This document shows positions 8,889 to 15,277 of a DNA stretch of 64,000 nt, in pieces (the first letter of the stretch is position 1; each line of letters starts with the position of its first letter). The notes below the pieces were generated by a model. That model did not search any database and had not been told where the DNA came from. It saw only the letters and a program-made list of their open reading frames with translations. The position numbers and the translations under genes are program-made. Location: contig JBHGBJ010000005.1 of the NCBI GenBank assembly GCA_041947025.1, forward strand, positions 26,382-90,381, in the 5' to 3' direction. The DNA is from Thermodesulfobacteriota bacterium (GTDB lineage Bacteria > Desulfobacterota > BSN033 > UBA1163).

Positions 8889-9908
8889 ATGAAACGACGT
8901 CTGTCTATGTGCTCTTATTGTTTGTTAATCAGTTTCTTTCTTCTCACACTGCTGATCCTTCCTTCGAAGCCCCAGGCAGCTCCCTACTATGAGGGCAAGG
9001 TTATGAAGATTATCGTCGGCGTTTCGCCGGGAGGGGGATTTGATATCGTCGCCAGAATTCTCGCAAGGCATCTCCCCAAATATATCCCCGGAAAACCTAC
9101 GATCATCGTCGAGAATATGGTCGGGGCGAGCACGATGATCGCCGCCAATCATGTCTATAACATCGCCAAACCCGATGGCCTCACCATTGCGACCGTTTTC
9201 CGTTCCCTTCTCGTCGCACAATTAATGAAGGTACAGGGGATGAGGTTTGATCTGAGGAAATTCTCGTGGGTCGGGGGATCGGGTCCGGAGGCTTATCTCT
9301 TTACGATTCGCTCGGATCTTCCTTACAAGACTTATGAAGAGCTGATCAAGTCCAAGAATCAAATCGTTCTGGGAGCAACCGGCGCGACGGATGCAACCTT
9401 TGTTTTTCCCACCCTTCTCAAAGTTTACACAGGGTTAAATATAAAGATTGCGATCTATCCTGCAAGCCCGGAAGTGATGCTTGCGATCGAGAGAAAAGAG
9501 GTGGATGGCAGGGCAGGATCGTTCAATTCACTCAAGCCCTTCATTGATCGAGGATTGGTGCGTCCCCTACTTCGCGGAAGGGTCTCCCAGAAAGGGGCCG
9601 AGAACCTGCCCGTGGATGAGAAATTTGCCTCCGATAAAATGGGCCAATCCATAATGGCAATGTATTCCGCAGGAAACCTGATCGGCCGGCCCTATGTCGC
9701 CCCGCCGGGGACACCTGCCGAGGTGATGAATATTTTAAGGAAGGCTTTTGCTGAGGTCGGTAAGGACCCCGAGTTCGTAAATGATGTCGAAAAAAATAAG
9801 ACGGACTTTGATTATGTTCCCGCAGACGAGTGCCTCAAGGTGGTCAATTTCACGCTCAATCAGCCTGAAGAGATCGTCAAAGAATTCGGAAAGTACGTCA
9901 AGTTTTGA
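8889..9908 (+). CDS. tctC: TctC/Bug-family periplasmic substrate-binding protein (second copy)
   Basis: Start moved to ATG 8889 (MKRRLSMCSYCLLISFFLLTLLILPSKPQAAPYYEG...) after AAAGGAGG. Bug-family core KIIVGVSPGGGFDIVARIL. Confidence 0.85.
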   Translation: MKRRLSMCSYCLLISFFLLTLLILPSKPQAAPYYEGKVMKIIVGVSPGGGFDIVARILARHLPKYIPGKPTIIVENMVGASTMIAANHVYNIAKPDGLTIATVFRSLLVAQLMKVQGMRFDLRKFSWVGGSGPEAYLFTIRSDLPYKTYEELIKSKNQIVLGATGATDATFVFPTLLKVYTGLNIKIAIYPASPEVMLAIERKEVDGRAGSFNSLKPFIDRGLVRPLLRGRVSQKGAENLPVDEKFASDKMGQSIMAMYSAGNLIGRPYVAPPGTPAEVMNILRKAFAEVGKDPEFVNDVEKNKTDFDYVPADECLKVVNFTLNQPEEIVKEFGKYVKF

Positions 9909-9957
9909 AATCGAGGATTATTAAAAATCCTCATTATACGATTCGCACGGAAACTTA

Positions 9958-9990
9958 AGAGGGGGGAGGGGCAATAGAATACCCCCCTCT
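9958..9990. terminator. Hairpin between convergent genes (AGAGGGGGG ... CCCCCCTCT + TTCAT)
   Basis: 9-bp G/C-run stem with a 15-nt loop, followed by a T-containing tail. It sits 50 nt after the tctC stop and 60 nt beyond the stop of the minus-strand FG-GAP ORF. Confidence 0.5.
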
Positions 9991-10051
9991 TTCATATTCT
10001 AAAGACTGAAATGGGAAAGGCAGGACATTCTATTCGCCCAATAGCCATTTT

Positions 10052-10504
10052 TCAATAGGATGAAAGAATTGTCCTTATAGGAATATCTGACGGATCTCCA
10101 CCCCATTGTACGTAGTAAGGGGGGTTCCCTCCCGAGGGGTAAATATACCAATTACCGTCACTGAATCTATAAACAGCCAGATCTGTCTTTTTATCTCCAT
10201 TATAGTCACCTGGTGCTGGGATATCGTTCATCGAGCCAGTGCCCCAGTTGGTCTGGATTACTCCCTGATCAGAAGAACGAAGAATGCGCCAGTAGCCGTC
10301 ACCAGGCCGCCACACCGCCAAATCTGTCTTCCCATCCCCATCATAGTCTCCGGGCACTGGAATATCAGTAGGAATACCCCGTGGATAACTATACGGAGCC
10401 CCCGGTGTTGAGGAAGGGATGATGTTCCAATAGCCGTAGCCAGTCGCAGTACGATAGATGGCAATATCGTTCATAGCATCCGCATCAAAATCAATCGTCT
10501 CCAT
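10052..10504 (-). CDS. FG-GAP/VCBS-like repeat protein fragment (no signal peptide of its own)
   Basis: Repeats of the [21 protein letters not shown] type (3-4 copies). It overlaps the upstream ORF by 34 nt in another frame and begins exactly at a degenerate repeat unit ([15 protein letters not shown]). Confidence 0.6.
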   Translation of the reverse strand: METIDFDADAMNDIAIYRTATGYGYWNIIPSSTPGAPYSYPRGIPTDIPVPGDYDGDGKTDLAVWRPGDGYWRILRSSDQGVIQTNWGTGSMNDIPAPGDYNGDKKTDLAVYRFSDGNWYIYPSGGNPPYYVQWGGDPSDIPIRTILSSY

Positions 10505-10947
10505 CGGTCTGCTTTATCATACGTGTAAATCACTGTCGTTTGATCATACACCGCACGAATCAGTCGGTTTAGGTCATCGTAAACAAAGATCGTCTTTCCG
10601 GCCCCCGGCCCTCCTGTCAGCAACCCCATGGGTTGGGACGCCACAGACGCCACAGAAACCCCCACCCCGCTCGGAGACCTGGGAGGAAAAATATACTTGG
10701 GTTGCATTGGTGCAGGAGAAAACTTTCCCCAGTTTCCAAGCTCCTTTAACTGCGCCGGAGACAGGTATTTCGGTTGCGGGACCTTCAGGCCGACCGTGAG
10801 TTTAGGATCGGATACGTATGGATTGCTATCAGCCCTGATGCTACTTGCCGATAAAAGAGAGATTACAATGAACGCTCCCATGAAAGAAACCTCAAACCAT
10901 TTTCCATGTCTTAATTTTCTCTTTGTCATATTAAGCTCCTTGCTCAC
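10471..10947 (-). CDS. Secreted protein fragment with a YD (Rhs-type) repeat
   Basis: N-terminal signal-like segment ([23 protein letters not shown]). The C-terminal part, [26 protein letters not shown], is a YD repeat. The ORF then runs into a short out-of-frame tail. Confidence 0.5.
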   Translation of the reverse strand: MSKELNMTKRKLRHGKWFEVSFMGAFIVISLLSASSIRADSNPYVSDPKLTVGLKVPQPKYLSPAQLKELGNWGKFSPAPMQPKYIFPPRSPSGVGVSVASVASQPMGLLTGGPGAGKTIFVYDDLNRLIRAVYDQTTVIYTYDKADRWRRLILMRML

Positions 10948-11095
10948 GAGCGTGGGATTACATCATGCAATAATTTGCAACAATGCAAACCTGACCCCGC
11001 ATCCACTTTATGTTCAGTTTTCAAAGAACGGATTTAAAGAGGTTAGTCAGGCCCGTCGATCGTCAAGACCGACCCTCGTTATCTTTACTTATCAC

Positions 11096-11470
11096 TTACC
11101 TCTTTATCTTCACCTTTTTTTCCAACGTATCGACAGCATAATTAAGAAACGCTCTGAGGCATTTGGTTGAACAGAAACTTATCTCGTACTGTCCTCCCTT
11201 AACATCTTTGGCGATTTCCAAGGGTTCATATACGTCCGGATATTTACCTTGCCCTCCCTCGTTTGTATGTGCTCCATGCCAAGTCAAAGATAAGAATCCA
11301 TCAAGTCTAGGATCAGGTCCTCCATCTCCGGTTTTCCGATTTACAAGCATGGCTCCTCCTGAAAGTGCAGCCATTGAATGGGGTTCAGATACCTTATCTC
11401 GCTTACACCATGCGCATTTATTTCTTGACGGATAACTAATTTTTTGGTTCTTCAATAATGGAAATCTCAT
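11096..11470 (-). CDS. Hypothetical small Cys-containing protein in the Rhs locus
   Basis: ATG 11470 has GGAGAGG upstream. 124 aa with CAWC ... FCSTKC (CxxC/CxxxC). I do not recognise a family. Confidence 0.45.
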   Translation of the reverse strand: MRFPLLKNQKISYPSRNKCAWCKRDKVSEPHSMAALSGGAMLVNRKTGDGGPDPRLDGFLSLTWHGAHTNEGGQGKYPDVYEPLEIAKDVKGGQYEISFCSTKCLRAFLNYAVDTLEKKVKIKR

Positions 11471-11533
11471 GATCCTCTCCAATAACTCCGTTCTTATTAG
11501 ACTCCATGAGTGGCTTGCATCTGATTGTTAATG

Positions 11534-11740
11534 TCATTTCTTCTTCTCTCCATCTTGAATCTCAATAAATTTATCAGGGTTGTTCTTAATAATCTCTTGT
11601 AACATTTTTTCTCTTTGATCTGCTCGTATTGGCTTGAGCATATATAAAAGGTTTTCAAGTGCCTGAGCCTCATCAGCAGTTATTGACTCATATGTTTCAT
11701 AGGCTGTCAGCGCAATACCCAGATAGCCTAAGGCCTTCAA
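11534..11740 (-). CDS. Candidate immunity protein for the Rhs C-terminal toxin
   Basis: 68-aa acidic/helical ORF starting 6 nt after the Rhs stop. The call is positional only: TTG start, no clear SD. Confidence 0.35.
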   Translation of the reverse strand: MKALGYLGIALTAYETYESITADEAQALENLLYMLKPIRADQREKMLQEIIKNNPDKFIEIQDGEKKK

Positions 11741-11746
11741 TACTTT

Positions 11747-12729
11747 TTAAAGCCTGCTAAGGGCCTTGGGACTAAGTTTCCCACAAACTGTTTTGCCTTT
11801 TGGGTCATAGATCTTGCCGGTCTCTGCGCCAACCTTTTCGCGCGTTTCTATATCATGCACATGAACCTCTGGTGGATTCACTCCATGGTGATCACTTGGA
11901 CGATATTCATATATATGCCCTCCTATCTTAATTCTTCGGCTTATTAAACCCCACGGATCATCCCATCTCACTGGGTTGCCTGCGACGTAGCTGAAGAGAT
12001 TAATCCCCCCCTCCAGCCCAATCGGGTCGGGGGTTACGTACCTCCCAGTTGTCGGATCATAATACCGGAAATAGTTATAATGCAGACCCGTCTCTTGATC
12101 ATAGTATTGGCCCGGGAAACGGAAGGGATTTTGAACCGTCTCAATTGAAATCATCGCTGCTCCAAAGGGGGCGTAATCGGCCCGCCAAACAACCTGCTGG
12201 CTTGAGTCTGTCAACACCCTCGGTGTCCCAGATGATCGTTATGGAAATAGTATACATTTTCTCCGGGCTTAATCATAGCGAGAAGTTGATCGCCAAGATA
12301 GACATACTCCGCAAGCATCGTTTCGTTCTGGTTGGTCTCGGCAATCAGATGGCCATTAAGATCGTAATGAAAGATTGTGGTCACTCCTCCAGCAACTTTC
12401 TTGATTCTCCGGCCCGCTCCGTTATAAGTGTATGCCGCTATCTCATTGCTGTTATATAGAACCTGCTTCAGCTGATTGGAGGCATCGTAAACGTAAGTTA
12501 AACCGTTCGGTGAGATGGTCTCTGAGGTGATGTTCCCATTGCGATCAGGATACCCATTATCATACTCAAAAGTGGTCGGAGGCGTCCCTGATATCTCGGT
12601 CAATCTGTTTGTCCCCGGCCCATAGGTGTAGGTTTCCAATGGCTGAAGGGCTGGGCCTGCCGGAGGATTGAGGCCATCCACAATGGAGATAACATTGCCG
12701 TTGGGGTCATAACCGTAGGACAGGTCCAA
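11747..12729 (-). pseudogene. Orphan Rhs C-terminal fragment (YD repeats + Rhs core end + 65-aa toxin tail), N-terminally truncated and frameshifted
   Basis: ORFs 12211..12729 and 11747..12217 join as ...YYFHNDHLG|TPRVLTDSSQQVVWRADYAPFG...RYYDPTTGRYVTPDPIGLEGGINLFSYVAGNPVRWDDPWGL if one G is restored in the C-run at 12227-12229. YD-repeat similarity stops about 12735, next to the udg promoter region. Confidence 0.75.
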
Positions 12730-12821
12730 TACGGAATTAACTCGGATAAAAGAATGAATGCTTGCCTTGACAGGGGGCGTTAAAAAGGCTATTTCAATCT
12801 TATCTTATTAGGTGAATCAAA

Positions 12822-13550
12822 ATGGATCAAGTCCTTCAAGAGATCGTTGCGGATCTCAAGTCCTATCTCGAATATCTGAAAGAAATGGGGATTGAAGATA
12901 TTCCTTTCTCCGAAGAAAGCCTGCAACAGCTTTCCCTTGATTCATCCGTTGCTCCCCCTACATCTCCCACCCTCGAAGAAGTGCGAAAGGAGTTGGGAGA
13001 TTGTCGGCGATGCAAGCTCCACAAGACACGGCGCACCCTCGTATTCGGAGAGGGAAATAAGAAGGCGACATTGATGGTCATCGGCGAAGGCCCCGGTTAT
13101 GAAGAAGACGTCCAGGGAAGACCTTTTGTCGGAAGGGCCGGACAACTCTTAACCAAGATTCTTCAGTCCATCCATCTTGAGAGAGAGGAGGTCTACATCG
13201 CCAATATCATCAAGTGCCGTCCTCCACAGAATCGAAATCCCGAGCCCGACGAGATCCAAACCTGCTCTCCTTTTCTCCTACGGCAGATTCAGGCAATCCA
13301 GCCAAAAATCATATGCGCCTTGGGAACCTTTGCAGCCCAGACCCTTCTCAAGACCGACGCAAAGATCACGAGCCTCAGGGGAAAGTTCTTTGACTTTTCG
13401 GGAATCAAAGTTGTTCCCACCTATCACCCTGCTTACCTGTTACGGAATCCCGATCGAAAGAGAGACGTCTGGGAGGATATGAAACAGATCTCCCAATGGA
13501 TGGCGGATGGGGGAGAAGCGCCTCATCCGGCCGGGGAGAAGACGCGATAG
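12822..13550 (+). CDS. Uracil-DNA glycosylase, family 4
   Basis: GEGPGYEEDVQGRPFVGRAGQLL and HPAYLLRNP motifs, plus the CRRC cluster typical of family 4 UDGs. Confidence 0.85.
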   Translation: MDQVLQEIVADLKSYLEYLKEMGIEDIPFSEESLQQLSLDSSVAPPTSPTLEEVRKELGDCRRCKLHKTRRTLVFGEGNKKATLMVIGEGPGYEEDVQGRPFVGRAGQLLTKILQSIHLEREEVYIANIIKCRPPQNRNPEPDEIQTCSPFLLRQIQAIQPKIICALGTFAAQTLLKTDAKITSLRGKFFDFSGIKVVPTYHPAYLLRNPDRKRDVWEDMKQISQWMADGGEAPHPAGEKTR

Positions 13551-14410
13551 TTCAATTCAAATCCCTTTTCACTTAAGACGTCGAGAAAGGTTGACGCCAT
13601 CTCTCTTACGAGAAGCTCCCAAACCGAAAGCCTCTTCCTCGGATAGATGACGTTCGGCTTTCCCTCGATGCCCACCTTCTTGGCCGTGATATCGATGGCA
13701 TCCTGAAGATTTCCGATGTAATCGACGAGCCCGGCCTCCTTGGCCTGCTCTCCGGTCAAGATCCGGCCGTCTGCAATCTGGGTCACCTTCTCCTGATCCA
13801 TCTTTCTTCCTTCTGCCACGGCCTGAATGAATTGGCGATGAACATTGTCGATCACCGTTTGCAGGATCTGTTTTTCTTCCGGGGTCATCTCCCGCAGCGG
13901 AGATCCAATATCTTTATGCTCGCCGCTCTTCACGACCACGCCTTTGATCCCGATTTTCTTGAAAAGCTCCTCGAGATTCGCAAATTCCATCAGGACACCA
14001 ATCGAACCCGTGATCGTCCCCGGATTGGCGACGATCAGATCGGAGGCACAGGCGATGTAGTAGCCCCCGGAGGCCGCAACAGATCCCATGGATGTGATCA
14101 CCGTCTTCTTCGATTTAATCCTCAATACCTCGCGGTGAATCTCCTGCGAGGGGCCTACGCCTCCCCCAGGAGAATCGATCCTCAGAATGATCGCTTTGAC
14201 CCTTTCATCCTCCTGGTATTGGTTGATCTCTTCAATCACTCCGGACGATTGGGTAATCACTCCCTTGATCTCCACGACAGCGATCTTATCCCCCCGGGCG
14301 AAATGACCGCGCTTCCCCGCGAACTGTCCAATGATCAAAAGAATCACCAAGAAGAAAATGAACAATGCGGCCATCACTCCGATTCCCACCAGGATTCGTT
14401 TGCGTTTCAT
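13523..14410 (-). CDS. sppA: Signal peptide peptidase SppA, 36K type
   Basis: Start at ATG 14410 (MKRKRILVGIG...) after GGAGGGG. One TM segment followed by the ClpP/crotonase-like core (DSPGGGV, SVAASGGYYIACASD). Confidence 0.85.
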   Translation of the reverse strand: MKRKRILVGIGVMAALFIFFLVILLIIGQFAGKRGHFARGDKIAVVEIKGVITQSSGVIEEINQYQEDERVKAIILRIDSPGGGVGPSQEIHREVLRIKSKKTVITSMGSVAASGGYYIACASDLIVANPGTITGSIGVLMEFANLEELFKKIGIKGVVVKSGEHKDIGSPLREMTPEEKQILQTVIDNVHRQFIQAVAEGRKMDQEKVTQIADGRILTGEQAKEAGLVDYIGNLQDAIDITAKKVGIEGKPNVIYPRKRLSVWELLVREMASTFLDVLSEKGFELNYRVFSPAG

Positions 14411-14456
14411 AGACCCCTCCAATCAAACAGGGAGTTTATCTCCCTTTCTCCCCATC

Positions 14457-14508
14457 ATAACCCCCCTCTATTCCCCCCTTAAATTAAGGGGGGAGGAAGG
14501 GGGGTTAT
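14457..14508. repeat. Long C-run/G-run palindrome (ATAACCCCCCTCTATTCCCCCCTTAA a TTAAGGGGGGAGGAAGGGGGGTTAT)
   Basis: About 25-bp imperfect inverted arms, in the gap between the sppA start and the scpA stop. Confidence 0.6.
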
Positions 14509-14521
14509 AGATTCACCTGCC

Positions 14522-15277
14522 CTAAGCCAGCGAGAGACGGATGGTCTCGAAAGGAGCCAATTGAAAGATGCGGATCAGTTTCATCTTGACCAATTCGAGG
14601 ACGGCCAAGAAAGTGATAATAATCATCCTCCGTGAGGCCTGCTCCGGGAAGAGGAGATGAAAAGCCATGCTCCGTTTCTCCCTTTGAAGGAGGGAAAGGA
14701 GTTCTTGAACCCTTTCTTCCACACTGAGGCGGTCTAAAACCACTTCGTGGAACTCCTCCTCCTTGGCTCGCTCCAGAACTTTACGAAAAGCCTCCACCAG
14801 CTCGAAGAGGCTCACTTCCACCCTTTCCTCCTCTTCTCCATCCTCTATCTCCATGGCAATCGAGCGAGCGAAGACATCCCGATCCAGCATGGGCCTTTTC
14901 TCCAACTCGGCTGCCGCCTCCTTGTATTTTTGGTACTCGAGTAGCCTTCGGATCAACTCGGCCCGGGGATCTTCCCCCTCCTCCGCTTCTTCCTCCGAAG
15001 AAGTGGGAAGTAAGGTCTTCGACTTGATATATAGGAGGGTGGAAGCCATCAGGAGGTATTCGCCGGCGACATCCAGATTGAGGACTTTCATCAGCCTGAG
15101 ATACTCCAGATACTGCTCCGTAATCAGGGCGATCGGGATATTGGTGATGTCCAATTCATTCTTATGGATGAGGTGGAGCAGGAGATCGAGGGGCCCTTCG
15201 AATATGTCCAAACGAAAGGTATAGGGGGTCTCCCCCGAGAATGATGAATCCATCTCCACGTGATCTTCTTCCATCAT
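14522..15277 (-). CDS. scpA: Segregation and condensation protein A
   Basis: FEGPLDLLLHLIHKNELDITNIPIALITEQYLEYL is the ScpA N-terminal signature. Its start overlaps the upstream stop (ATGA). Confidence 0.85.
   Translation of the reverse strand: MMEEDHVEMDSSFSGETPYTFRLDIFEGPLDLLLHLIHKNELDITNIPIALITEQYLEYLRLMKVLNLDVAGEYLLMASTLLYIKSKTLLPTSSEEEAEEGEDPRAELIRRLLEYQKYKEAAAELEKRPMLDRDVFARSIAMEIEDGEEEERVEVSLFELVEAFRKVLERAKEEEFHEVVLDRLSVEERVQELLSLLQREKRSMAFHLLFPEQASRRMIIITFLAVLELVKMKLIRIFQLAPFETIRLSLA

Noticed and set aside
13523-13550. 28-bp convergent overlap of the udg and sppA 3' ends
   Set aside because: The overlap is probably genuine but unremarkable. It involves only the non-conserved C-terminal tail of the UDG ORF.
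14457-14508. Possible CRISPR array, suggested by the recurring C/G-run palindromes
   Set aside because: The copies are single and kilobases apart (5.8, 10.0, 14.5, 49.7 kb). They are not tandem repeat-spacer units, and no cas genes are in the window.
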